From Tetramitus jugosus (lineage: Eukaryota; Protista; Heterolobosea): a stretch of DNA of 64,000 nt. The notes under the pieces are model-generated. The model searched no databases. It was not told the origin of the DNA and was given only the letters and a program-made list of their open reading frames with translations. Location of the stretch: the NCBI GenBank assembly GCA_937625935.1, contig OW569390.1, forward strand, positions 186,001-250,000, given 5' to 3'. The position numbers and the translations under genes are program-made. Within the stretch, counting starts at the first letter, position 1. Each line of letters opens with the position of its first letter. Shown in pieces: positions 36,501 through 47,137 of the stretch.

Positions 36501-38816
36501 GTTGATTTTATGTTGACCAATACCTTGGAAGAGATTCAAAACAGCAATGATTCCATCACTGAGCAGTTTGTCGTCTCAAAGATTAATACTGTTAATGTGA
36601 TGTCAAGTTTCAACTCTCTGTTTTCACTCTCAACAGCTGAGAAGTCAATGACAATTCTGAACATAGCTGTTGATGGTTGCTTGACTTCTGATATTTCTCT
36701 TGGTTCAAATGACACGCAGCAATTGGCATCTGCCATATCCAACATTTATAGTGGTCAAATTATCAGTTTGAGTAATAAGACTCTGGATATCATTTCCCAA
36801 CTTGTTACCTTGATTGGAAGAGACAAATTAGTGTTGGAGGATGAAACTGTTGTTTCAACAGATGCATTTGATGTGAGTGTGCGAGTTGATACTGCATCGA
36901 CACTTCGCAATGCTTCCATTTCAAATTCACTTGCTTCAGTGATGATTCCTGATGATATCGATTCACTGGATGATATTAGTACTTTCACAGTGCAATCAGT
37001 CAGTTTCAATGCAGAGATGAATCCTTTTGCAATGTCAAATAATGGGCAGAATATCTCTTCACCAATCGTCATCTTCAAGATTTTGAACATGAATGAGAAG
37101 GTGAAGCTTGTCAACTTAACGAAGCCAATTGAAATTGTGTTAAGGAGAGACAATGCAAGTGTATTGCCACTGGATTATGTATTTGAATGTCGATACTTGG
37201 ATGAAACGAGTAACAACACTTGGCAAACAGATGGTTGTTGGCTTGCTCAATTCGACGACTTAAACATTGTGTGTCATTGCAATCACACAACAAGTTTCAC
37301 ATCAATGATCATCTATGATCCCAAGAAACCTAACAAGGCATCTGATGGACTGTATATTGCATGGATCATCATGTATTCGATATTTGCTCTGATATCATTT
37401 GTGTTGATCGTAATGTCAATTTGGTGGCGAAACACTCAACCAATCAAGTCAAGATTTCTGGCTCCATTGATTGGACTTGGAGCCATTCTAATTGAGTGCG
37501 TATTGAATGGAATCATCAGAAACTCATTATTGATATCAGCGAACAGTTCAAAAGACTTCAAAGGAGTGAACAACTTGGCATATTTGATATTGACAATTGT
37601 TAATCCACTTGTTCTTTTGTCATTGTTCATTTATTTGTGGCAGATGATTCGATTCTTCTTTTTGAAGCACTTGTATTCGATCATGGCAAAAGAAAGCAAT
37701 GACAAATCAGCCAAGAAGTACATGAGGATATTGAGATTGATTTCATCGAAACTTGTTTATGTTGCTCTGGGCATCACAGTGTTTGTCATTTCATGTGCTT
37801 ACTTCGTCATCTTGTCAATTTTGGAACCAACGAGAGTCATCGTACCCAATGTTGCTTCTATCATCAATGCTCTATCATTCTCAATCATGTCATTCTGTTT
37901 TGCAGTGTTGATCATTGGTGCACTACTCTGGGATCTCACTGTGGTCATGGGTAGAAGGGTGTATGTTGGAAATGGCCACGAAAAGAAACACCAAGAAGAG
38001 ATTTCTGTGGGTCTTGGTGCTCTACGGTCAGTGACAACCACATTCTTCACACATTTCTCCAAAGATGATCCATTATTGTTCAGATCTGAATCCATATTCA
38101 TGGCATTGGCAATGACAATGATGATTATCTCCTACATATTTGGTATTGCTGATCGATTGGATTCATCAGCTCAACCAAACTCACCTCTCAAGATTGGAGA
38201 GTTCATATTCGATATGTTGTATATTTTGTTCAGAATGAATGCTTTCGGAGGTTTCACCTTGCTCGCCAGTCTTATCAATTATCAATCATCTCTCGAAGTG
38301 TATCAACGAGTGTCCGAAATGAGAGAGTTACTCAAAGATATTAAGAGCGGTACCAGCTCAGTTGAGGCTGAGCTCTTGGATATATTGAGGAATGAACTCG
38401 GATACAAGATGTTTGCTCCATTTGCTGCAAAAGAATTTGCATTGGAGAATGTACTCCTTTGGAAGAAGTTAGAAGAAGTTCGTTCTGATTCGATGATCAT
38501 CTTCACCCAACAGAGAGTTGATACGATGAATGAAATTTATTCAGAGTTCCTTGAGTCAGGTTGTGCCTATGAGTGCAATGTGCCGAACACAGCGAAGAGA
38601 TTGATTCAAAAGGCGATGAAGAATAATCATTTGTCCGCTGAAGATGCCGAGTCAGTTCTAAAATCACTGTATAACGAGAAAATGTCCAACATAGCTGACA
38701 CATTTACTCGGTTCGTTGATACTGCTGAATACACCCGCTACAAGCAGATACGGGTGTCAACTTATGAACTGGCTGATGTTGGTGGTTTGGATGAGGGATT
38801 GGCAGCCGCAAAATAA
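30560..38816 (+). pseudogene. Adhesion-type 7TM-RGS receptor, copy 2 (same architecture, EGF+beta-rich unit triplicated); single frameshift at ~31553
   Basis: ORFs 30530-31606 and 31347-38816 switch homology to copy 1 at gat-a-atg (31550-31556). Signal peptide from ATG 30560; FReD, EGF, REJ, GPS, 7TM and RGS as in copy 1. Confidence 0.85.
33910..35165 (+). repeat. Intragenic tandem repeat, three units of ~425 bp (EGF + ~100-aa beta-rich domain)
   Basis: CFG..FN.SAVCSGHG starts at 33912, 34338 and 34761; copy 1 has only one unit. Confidence 0.9.
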
Positions 38817-39192
38817 CAGTATCGAAATAAACGTTTGTAAACAACATGTATAAAATTATACACAACTAGCGTGTGTAATAAGATGACACCCGCTTCGCCT
38901 CCAAAGCCCAAGAGAAAACCCGAAGAAGTTAACGCTCGGTCAACCTCCACGAAACGACAAAAAATGAAACTTTCGAAGTTAAAGTTGCGATTGGGGATAG
39001 ATTAGGCATTAAAACAATTTAACAACACTCTTGATAAATCAGAGACAGCTCCATCGTCATACCAAGACGAAATTGGACCTAATCAAAACATTTATTCGTT
39101 TGAGAGGTCAAAACTATTTTTCGTTCGTCTCTCCATTCGTAGTCTGCTGCCACTGGTCATTCAATTCTGGAGATTTACTTGAAGCACGTTTT

Positions 39193-41511
39193 TTACGATG
39201 AATCTGTTTCTCCCTCAGTGTCAACTCTCTGAATTCGTCTCGATATCACACCCAATATTTGCTCGTTTGGTTGCACTTGATACTCCCTCATTTGACGTAA
39301 CAGCTTGTACGCATTGGATTTGTTGAGACACATGGACGCGAGAAGCTCAAAAATGGCAACATTCGGTTCTACACCATAATCTTGCATCTTTGTCAAAAAG
39401 AAGAGTGACCTCTCAAAACTATCTGCACCTTTGATGATCACAGAGAATGTGCCTAGGTTTGGATAGACCCCAAACTCCTCCATAAAAACATCTAAAAGAT
39501 CAAAGCTCTTGTAGGCATTGTGTGAGCACGAGATCATACCATTCAATAGATCAACGTTGGGCTTGATACCACTTTCTGACTGTACCTGACTCATGTATTT
39601 ACATGCGAGAGAAAATTCACCACGATAGAACATGCCACATCTCTGCATGGAACGTAGCACAATAGCAACGAGTCCCAAGTCCGCTTGAGACTGAGCCACA
39701 ATATGTTTGTACAATGTCACCGAATTCTCTGTTTGACCAAGCTCTGCAGCCAACCGCAGCAAGGCAATTTTGAATTGAACATCTTGCAATTCCTCATAGT
39801 CTGATCTCATGCAAATTTCAATCAGATCCATTGCCGGAATGACAAGCATGGTTTTTTGAGAGAGTTCACTATGACTTACCAAGTGATAATTCAGTGAAAC
39901 ATCGCTCATGTACCTTGTTAAATCATCGAGCACTTCCATATAAATAGGCATTGACAAAATAAAATTGTCTCTCAACATTTCAACAACAAGAGTCACTGCT
40001 GAGAGAGGCCTTGATCGATCAATTCTCATGCGAACAATACGATCCAAATCCAACGAAGTGAATCCATATACACTGTCAGCAGCTCTTAAAAAGCTGAGAC
40101 ATAAATGATCACGCTCTCCTGCGCCACTCCACATGACCAACTTTAAAATTCGTTCCTGATGTTCATCATCACATGACAAGTGAGACAACAACAGTTTAAA
40201 AAAATATGTCGCTCTCTCAAACAACAAATTGTCCAACAAGTGTTCCACAACTGGTGCCAGCACACTCAAAATGCCCTCCTTATCACCATTTAAATCAGCA
40301 ATTGCCATAATTTCATTCACATAATGTCGATTCATCTCACTCGCATAAAACAATTGTTCATTGGATTGTACGTGAAACGATGCAATCAATAATTGAATCA
40401 ACAAGGCACGTGACGCCCTCAATAAATCATACTGGACACAAAATCCAAATATTAACAAGTAATTTTGTCGTCGGAGTTGTTTCCAAATCGAATCGTCATC
40501 AGCAGATGCTGTTTCTGTTGTTTCTGTTGTTGCCATTGCTGTAGTGACTGTATGATGCGTAGAGGATGACAATGATGATGATTGCAATGACAATTCCAAT
40601 AGATGACGTCTCACTTCCTCATCCAAACTCTCCTCTTGATTTGTCGTCATCATCTGTTCCAGGCCATCACTCTCCTCTTGATTGATTGAAGAGAGAGCAT
40701 TCTTGTACTGTGGATTCGTTGCCAAATCAAGCAACCAATACAGTGCTCCATACTCTTTTTTCTCATCATCATTCTTATTCAATGACGATGACGATGATGA
40801 TGATGATTTTTGATTGGCAATGTCTTGTTGTTGTTGCTGCTGTAATAACAACAATGGTTTCTTGTTGCGATTCCATCGTAACTCTTCACCGAACCTTGTT
40901 TTTTTCCTCTGTGCAAAATACAGCAAATCAATAAAGCATGAAATGGCCACTTGTTTCAATTTTTGTGATGATGATGATGAACCAAACTGTTCAAACATGA
41001 TGACCAAGTAGTATACACAATCAGTGACTTGATTGGTCTTTGCAAAGAATTGAACATGATCAATCATTTCATCCAAATTTGACACGTCTACTATGATTCT
41101 CTGTTGTTGTTCTTCTACTACTTGTTCTTCATGTTGTTGTTGTTGTTGTTTTTTCATCCTTGTGTGAACATTGTCATTTGATAGAGTATTGTATAATTGA
41201 TGTTTTTGATGATGTTTCACTTGTTGTTGTTGTTGTGAGAGATGATGAGAAGAAGAAGAAGATGGATCGCCCAACAACACTTGATTGTCATCTTCTACTG
41301 GAAAAAAAGAGTCCAAATATCCTCCCGTATCCTGATGATGATGATGATGTTTCTTGTATTGTTGTTGTTGTTGATGACGTTGATTGTACTGTGGTGGTTG
41401 TTGATGGCTCATGCATCGTCGATGAGTATAGTAGCATGTGACATGTTGGGTGATGGAACGACGTCGGAGGAGGATGAGAGATCTAAGTTGTTGAGCTTGA
41501 TGCTGAATCAT
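39193..41511 (-). CDS. Pentatricopeptide-repeat (PPR)-like protein, probably mitochondrial
   Basis: Arg-rich, acid-free N-terminus; C-terminal repeats GIKPNVDLLNGMI, GVYPNLGTFSVII, GVEPNVAIFELL, QVQPNEQIL; poly-Q/H/S tracts. Confidence 0.75.
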   Translation of the reverse strand: MIQHQAQQLRSLILLRRRSITQHVTCYYTHRRCMSHQQPPQYNQRHQQQQQYKKHHHHHQDTGGYLDSFFPVEDDNQVLLGDPSSSSSHHLSQQQQQVKHHQKHQLYNTLSNDNVHTRMKKQQQQQHEEQVVEEQQQRIIVDVSNLDEMIDHVQFFAKTNQVTDCVYYLVIMFEQFGSSSSSQKLKQVAISCFIDLLYFAQRKKTRFGEELRWNRNKKPLLLLQQQQQQDIANQKSSSSSSSSLNKNDDEKKEYGALYWLLDLATNPQYKNALSSINQEESDGLEQMMTTNQEESLDEEVRRHLLELSLQSSSLSSSTHHTVTTAMATTETTETASADDDSIWKQLRRQNYLLIFGFCVQYDLLRASRALLIQLLIASFHVQSNEQLFYASEMNRHYVNEIMAIADLNGDKEGILSVLAPVVEHLLDNLLFERATYFFKLLLSHLSCDDEHQERILKLVMWSGAGERDHLCLSFLRAADSVYGFTSLDLDRIVRMRIDRSRPLSAVTLVVEMLRDNFILSMPIYMEVLDDLTRYMSDVSLNYHLVSHSELSQKTMLVIPAMDLIEICMRSDYEELQDVQFKIALLRLAAELGQTENSVTLYKHIVAQSQADLGLVAIVLRSMQRCGMFYRGEFSLACKYMSQVQSESGIKPNVDLLNGMISCSHNAYKSFDLLDVFMEEFGVYPNLGTFSVIIKGADSFERSLFFLTKMQDYGVEPNVAIFELLASMCLNKSNAYKLLRQMREYQVQPNEQILGVISRRIQRVDTEGETDSS

Positions 41512-41850
41512 GTCTCTTTGAGGGTTTCACTGCTTGTTGGAGTTTCTTGTCGAGACTGAAAAATGCATGGGGAAAAAATTTCCACGATCTGCAATAATGC
41601 CGACGTGGAAAATGCAACCATAGTTGGTCAAGAACAAACCTGTAAAAGGCTCGCGAGTTTTGCAAGAGTCTCTCTAGAGGAGGAAAACGATGAGTTTTTG
41701 GCGGTTCAATTGCTCATACAACCTGAGTGTATTTCCATGTTGAAGTTCCTGTGGCAGCTTTCTGCGCGCAGGAATAAAACAAGTTCAGAACTGAGCCAAA
41801 CGGAACTCCAAGGAATAAAAAACACAAACATAACAAACGACGTGTCAAAG

Positions 41851-43467
41851 ATGACGAAAAAGCTTCACACAAGGAAAACCTCAAGAGAAAACAGTCAGGT
41901 CAATCCTCCTATACTCTCCAAACAGCAATCTGCATCTGAGGTCAATCGAATTGTTGCCCTGTCAGACTCTGATCTGAAACGATTCTTAATCGATGGTTAT
42001 CTGGTGATCCCACCAACGGAACTAGGAATGGATGCACAGTGGCACGCTGACTTGTTCCAATATGCTTCTCATGTGATTCAATCTGAGGGCAATCCAGGCA
42101 ACAATATCCTACCTCGAATCCCTCAATTGAATCATCTCTTCTCAGATGCAAGAGTCGTATCTGTTCTGGGTCGACTGTTAGGTAAGGACTATCAAATGCA
42201 GCCACATCGCTTCCCGCATAAAACTCTCAAGGGACAAAAAGATCAATTGTGGCACAAGGACTCGTTCTTTGGTTATAGCAGACCCTTGAGACATAATCAA
42301 GTTCGAAATGTGATGCTCATGTACTATCCGCAAAAAACAACATTGGACATGGGTCCTACTGCACTGAGAAGAGGCACACATTACTGCTCCATTGATCCAA
42401 AGAAGTTTAAGCCTCAGAACAGCAGTGAAGAACAGTTTATAAATGAATGGGCTGATAAGAAGTGGAGAGAAGACACCGACAGATATTTGGAGTGTGAAGC
42501 AGGATCCATTTTGTTGATACACTATGATTTGGTACATAGGGGAACAAGAAACGACGCACACGAGAGACAAATGTACAAATTTCAATTCAGAAGAATTGTG
42601 GAACCGAGTATGGATGATGAAACGATACCAGAGCATGTTCCGAGCTATGAAGATGTACAGTTGGATGATTTCAAGTATAATGAAGAGTTGGATCCTCCTG
42701 CACGAGCCATTTGGAATTGGATCAATAACATTCCTTTTATCGTAGAAGACAAGAATGACTCTTCAGAGTTGGTATTGGATATTAACAGTCCATCAGAGCT
42801 GAATCGATTCGCAACAGTATACTCGTTGGGACTCAAAGGAAATTATCAACAATTGATTTCACGATTGTACTCGCCAAGTGACCAAGTTTGTATCAATGCT
42901 GCTCATGGACTCGTAGCTTGTAGATCAAGAGAATGTGTGAAGGAGATGATGTCAGTTTTCCAAAAGGGACCTAAAACAGGTCAGTCGCAACTTGTCCGTT
43001 CGGCAGCAATGTTCGTATTCTCAGAATGGGGTCCACTAGTAAGACAAGAGTTGAACGAAAAGGAATTGGATCAGTTGATTAGATATCTCCTCAAGTGGAA
43101 GGTAGTGACTTCCGATGTTAATGTGCGTCTGTACTTCACTGAAGCTCTCGGAACAATATTTTGCAACGTTGATGAGGGCGATGAATTGCTCTCGTTGGTT
43201 GTGGAACGCTTATCTGATTTGTTGTTTGACAATAATGAGCAGATTAGGTTCACCGCAGCTATATCTTTAGCACGGATAGGAGCTGGTGCGAATAGTGCTC
43301 TCCCATCGGTCCAAAGAGCTATCGAACAGGATCAAAACAGATATGTGGTTGGTCATTTGTTCTCAACTCTGGAGCGGTTTACTTCCATGGAGTCTATGAA
43401 GCTACTCATTCAATACTTGAAGGCTTCACGGTGGTGTCAATTCACAACACTTGAAAGTCCATGGTAA
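41851..43467 (+). CDS. PhyH-family Fe(II)/2-oxoglutarate dioxygenase fused to HEAT (PBS-lyase-like) repeats
   Basis: FLIDGYLVI, WHKD (HxD), YYPQKTT.DMGPT...GTH, GSILLIHYDLVHRG, R.MYKFQF; HEAT repeats DNNEQIRFTAAISLARIG. Start uncertain (ORF is open from 41563). Confidence 0.85.
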   Translation: MTKKLHTRKTSRENSQVNPPILSKQQSASEVNRIVALSDSDLKRFLIDGYLVIPPTELGMDAQWHADLFQYASHVIQSEGNPGNNILPRIPQLNHLFSDARVVSVLGRLLGKDYQMQPHRFPHKTLKGQKDQLWHKDSFFGYSRPLRHNQVRNVMLMYYPQKTTLDMGPTALRRGTHYCSIDPKKFKPQNSSEEQFINEWADKKWREDTDRYLECEAGSILLIHYDLVHRGTRNDAHERQMYKFQFRRIVEPSMDDETIPEHVPSYEDVQLDDFKYNEELDPPARAIWNWINNIPFIVEDKNDSSELVLDINSPSELNRFATVYSLGLKGNYQQLISRLYSPSDQVCINAAHGLVACRSRECVKEMMSVFQKGPKTGQSQLVRSAAMFVFSEWGPLVRQELNEKELDQLIRYLLKWKVVTSDVNVRLYFTEALGTIFCNVDEGDELLSLVVERLSDLLFDNNEQIRFTAAISLARIGAGANSALPSVQRAIEQDQNRYVVGHLFSTLERFTSMESMKLLIQYLKASRWCQFTTLESPW

Positions 43468-43476
43468 AACTAGTAT

Positions 43477-45762
43477 TTATTTGACAGGGAAACTCTGTGA
43501 CAATAAATAGTGAACTTGATCAGTGATTCTAACCGCTTGAATAGAGAAAATAAATAATTTGTCTTTCAGACTTTCAGAAATTGTAGCTACGACATCCTTT
43601 GTTTGTTCATCGTTGTCATTCGTGGAAAGTTCTGGCATTGTTATGGCAAAGAACTTGCAAAGAGATAATCGCTCATGACTCGAGTATTCCTCCTCGGAAA
43701 GTTCGTTAACTTGATGGAAGGTGTCAAACTTCCACAAGTACAATTCTAATGCAAGTGTACTCGTATTGTTCATGTCGGTGAGTAGCACAGAATATGAGAT
43801 ATAATCACTATACTCTTCAGGTGAAGTACTGTCGTCCTCCATCTCTAATTCTTCTTCCTCATCATCACTTTGCGATTGCGATTGGGTGATTGGATCCATA
43901 TCGAGCTGCTTTTTGCGTTTGCTCTGCTTCTCGTTCGCTTGACGTTTTCGTTTCTTCATTCCAACGCGACTCAGTGATACTATATTCGCTTGAACGGCAA
44001 CCATCTTTGTTTCCATGTGTTGCATGTTTTCTTTGATACTACAAAGAGTCCGGAAGTACTCCAAATTAATCTTTGGATACAGTTGCTGATACAGTTGAAA
44101 GGTCGGCACCTTGAGATGAGGAGCAAAATAACTCATTGTTCCATATTCAATCAATTTATCAATTCGTTCTTGCTGATTGGCAACAAATGAGTGCAATGAT
44201 TGAATATAACCCTTCGTTTCCTGAGAATACAGTGACAATAGCTCGTCCTCGATTGAAATTGAAGAAACAAATGTTGTTTGCAGCAAAAATTCTCTCTGAG
44301 ATATCCATGACGAAGGACAAGCACTCACTACGAGCATGTCTGTTAAAACCATAATGCGCCCAACTTCAATGTCATCTAATTGATCTTTTCTCGAGTTTGT
44401 ATAAAGCTTACAATGAACATATTTCAGTGATTGATCCAATAATGTTACATAGCGGAACTGTGTGTATCTGGGGCGAATGTGACTCATCTCGTTATCAAAG
44501 TGAACACGCTCCCGAAGGAACATACTCACTCGAACCACTACGCCAGCTACATTGACCAGCGTGCCATCTACACAACGATGCAGCTCTTTCATGGAAACCA
44601 ATCGAAAGTCTAACGCCGCAAACTCTGTCGTAGCATCTTCTATCTGATACAATTTTGTTTTGTGAGGATTCACGGACACCTTGACATTCGAGTGCTCCAT
44701 CGGTAAGAAATAACGATCTGATTCCGATATTGGTTTCAACTCGTAATCAATAATCAATAAAACATCTCCTACATTGATATCGCGATAATAGTTCAATGCG
44801 AATCGATTCCACACAATGACCGGCACTCCCTTTGGCAACGATTCGTCCACCAAAAGAATCATAAAACTAAAGGGAAACGCATTCGATTCATCACGCCACA
44901 AATTCAATTGAGTCTTCTTATGAACTCGTCCAATCAAATTTCCCTTGATGAGTCCTCGACGGGTCATCGTACCACTATCGACAGTAGATAGATATTGACA
45001 ATCGATTCCAATAGATTCCTGCTGTTCAACTGACAATCGCTCCAATCTCTCACACGATTCAAAATTATCATCATCCCACAACGGCAAATAGTATTGTCTC
45101 GCACTGACAACTGGCTTCAACCATAATTCTCTCCACTGAAGCTCCAATTTCAACTTTAACTCTGCACAAAATTCCTTCAATGGTTGACGGTGAGCCAAAC
45201 TCACTCCAAGTTCGTTCAATTCATGAACCAACAGCAAGCCCGAACCTCCACCTTGAACCATTTCATCAAAAAGCATGCGATAATTCGTAATTTGAATCAA
45301 AATGCCTTCTCTAATCTCACCACTCATCACACGAGTGTTCCATTTGGGATCCAGAGTCATTTTGAGTACTTTTCCACTTTGATCACTCACGATCAAATCA
45401 TACGCTATGTTGCCATTCTCACTTGCATGGTTCCTCATATCATGATAATCGTCAATGACTGAGAGACTATTGTCAAAGAGTGAATGAAACCGTTGATCAA
45501 TCAAAAACCTTCGAATAAACAATAGGGCAACTGTCAATGTTGCTGCTGTTGACCTTTGTTCAAAAACAGTCAACAATGGATAAAAATTAATTTCTCCGTC
45601 TGGGTCCTCTTCTTGTTGTTGTTGTTCAGTGGTGGATTCTTCCATTTCTGCTACTTCTACTGGAGGTGAGGAGGATCTCTCTGAGGTAATGGCAGGATCA
45701 TTTTCTGTTGATCTCCCATTGTTGTTGATCTCAACGGTCTTTTCTGTGTTTTCTACTTCCAT
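43477..45762 (-). CDS. RADX: RADX-like (RPA1-related) multi-OB-fold ssDNA-binding protein
   Basis: YDLIVSD...LDPKWN.RV..GEI..G, KPV...RQYYLPLWDDD, GRVHKK...PF...LVDES...VIVWN....YY..I.VGDVLLI.DYELK, VNVAGVVV.V, FRYVTLLD...KLYTNS; colinear with vertebrate RADX as I recall it. Confidence 0.7.
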   Translation of the reverse strand: MEVENTEKTVEINNNGRSTENDPAITSERSSSPPVEVAEMEESTTEQQQQEEDPDGEINFYPLLTVFEQRSTAATLTVALLFIRRFLIDQRFHSLFDNSLSVIDDYHDMRNHASENGNIAYDLIVSDQSGKVLKMTLDPKWNTRVMSGEIREGILIQITNYRMLFDEMVQGGGSGLLLVHELNELGVSLAHRQPLKEFCAELKLKLELQWRELWLKPVVSARQYYLPLWDDDNFESCERLERLSVEQQESIGIDCQYLSTVDSGTMTRRGLIKGNLIGRVHKKTQLNLWRDESNAFPFSFMILLVDESLPKGVPVIVWNRFALNYYRDINVGDVLLIIDYELKPISESDRYFLPMEHSNVKVSVNPHKTKLYQIEDATTEFAALDFRLVSMKELHRCVDGTLVNVAGVVVRVSMFLRERVHFDNEMSHIRPRYTQFRYVTLLDQSLKYVHCKLYTNSRKDQLDDIEVGRIMVLTDMLVVSACPSSWISQREFLLQTTFVSSISIEDELLSLYSQETKGYIQSLHSFVANQQERIDKLIEYGTMSYFAPHLKVPTFQLYQQLYPKINLEYFRTLCSIKENMQHMETKMVAVQANIVSLSRVGMKKRKRQANEKQSKRKKQLDMDPITQSQSQSDDEEEELEMEDDSTSPEEYSDYISYSVLLTDMNNTSTLALELYLWKFDTFHQVNELSEEEYSSHERLSLCKFFAITMPELSTNDNDEQTKDVVATISESLKDKLFIFSIQAVRITDQVHYLLSQSFPVK

Positions 45763-45770
45763 CCGCTTGG

Positions 45771-45801
45771 TTTTGGCGGTTAAATTACTTTTTGGCGGGA
45801 A
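45771..45801 (-). promoter_or_regulatory. E2F-like site(s) immediately upstream of the RADX-like gene
   Basis: TTCCCGCCAAA on the minus strand (+ tttggcgggaa, 45791-45801) and a second tttggcgg at ~45772; related TTTCGCGC motifs at ~740, ~3587 and ~30413. Confidence 0.35.
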
Positions 45802-45846
45802 TGATAAGGAAAGGGAATTGTATTGGGAGTAATTTGTAGTTGAGAT

Positions 45847-46749
45847 TTATAAGAAGTGATCTTTGTGATCCTCGATAAATTGAGAAAAAGATCTTGGAGC
45901 CTTTCCGGTCAAGATTTGATAATCACCCACCACGATCATTTGATGAGACTTGATCATTTGGTAGAGCTTCACCATACCAAATGCGTAATGCTCTGGAGTA
46001 CCAACTTCAATGAGCAATCGATAGTAGGAAGGATCGTCCAATGGAACATTCTCAATTGGTTTTCCGAGAATCTTCGTGAAGAGGTCTGCGACCTGTTGTG
46101 GTGTAAGAACATCCGGACCAGTGAGTACGTAGGTTCGATCTCTGGTCTTTTCGATTGGTTGAGTCAATGTAACAGCTGCAGCCTCACCAATATCTCTGGT
46201 GTCGATAAATGTCAATGGGAAATCGATCTTGTCGGGGAGTCCTGGTCTGTAGATCTTGCCAGTGTGCTTGATGCTCTGGAGATCAAAGGTAATGTAGTTT
46301 TGACAGAACATGGTAGGTCTCAGGAACACGAAGGCAAAACCATGCTCTTTAGCAAGCTCGTAGATTGCGTGCTCAGATTCAGTGTGACCTCTCAAGAATC
46401 CTCCAAAGTCATTGTCCAAAGATGCACCGTATGCGCTGAGCTTTACGACTTGTTTGAGGGAAGAGCCATTCTTCTCCAAAGCCTTCTTTACAATGGATAC
46501 GTCATATTGAGGTTCATGGTTCACAAAGAATACTCTTTCCAGATTTTCGAATGCTTGTTCATTGAGATTTGTCTTGTAGTCTCCAGTAAAGTACTGCAAG
46601 GCAGCACTGCTCTCGTGGTTCTTGAACAGATCTCTTGCCTTTTCCTCACTACGAACTAACAATTTCACATCCCTTGCTCCATGATCCAATAGGGAAAGGA
46701 CAGTTTGTTGTCCAACTTGGCCAGTTGCTCCAATTATTAAAGTACTCAT
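45847..46749 (-). CDS. NmrA-like / atypical SDR NAD(P)-binding protein
   Basis: LIIGATGQVG, VKLSAYGA, LRPTMFCQN, FIDTRDIGEAAA, YVLTGPDVLT, LTGKAPRSFSQF. Confidence 0.9.
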   Translation of the reverse strand: MSTLIIGATGQVGQQTVLSLLDHGARDVKLLVRSEEKARDLFKNHESSAALQYFTGDYKTNLNEQAFENLERVFFVNHEPQYDVSIVKKALEKNGSSLKQVVKLSAYGASLDNDFGGFLRGHTESEHAIYELAKEHGFAFVFLRPTMFCQNYITFDLQSIKHTGKIYRPGLPDKIDFPLTFIDTRDIGEAAAVTLTQPIEKTRDRTYVLTGPDVLTPQQVADLFTKILGKPIENVPLDDPSYYRLLIEVGTPEHYAFGMVKLYQMIKSHQMIVVGDYQILTGKAPRSFSQFIEDHKDHFL

Positions 46750-47137
46750 TGTTTTGTCTATTCAAATATTTGTTTTGTGTTATGTTGTACCTCAGATATG
46801 AATGTTTAGATGTTTGTCTTTGTTTGTTGGAGTTATCTTTCCTCAGAGGTTTTAAAGACCTAGGGATTGTGCGCAGAAGTTTGGTGTCACTTCACGGATC
46901 TTCCCAGAAGATTGTAAGCTTGTGTCCCAACACTTTGTGCGCATTTTGTCCACTGTAGTGTGAATACATCGTGGAATTCAGAACGGATTTTTCGCTCCGA
47001 GAACGGAGTCACCTTGTTTGTTGTCCAACTTGAAGTTCGCACGAACATGTTGTTCAAGTTTTACTTTTGGTTGTTCAAAATCGAATTGCTTTTTCCTGTG
47101 GAATCTGAAAGAAACCAAACCCCACCAGTATAATACC

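Noticed and set aside
45856-46659. 267-aa plus-strand ORF
   Set aside because: Antisense shadow of the NmrA gene with no protein-like motifs.
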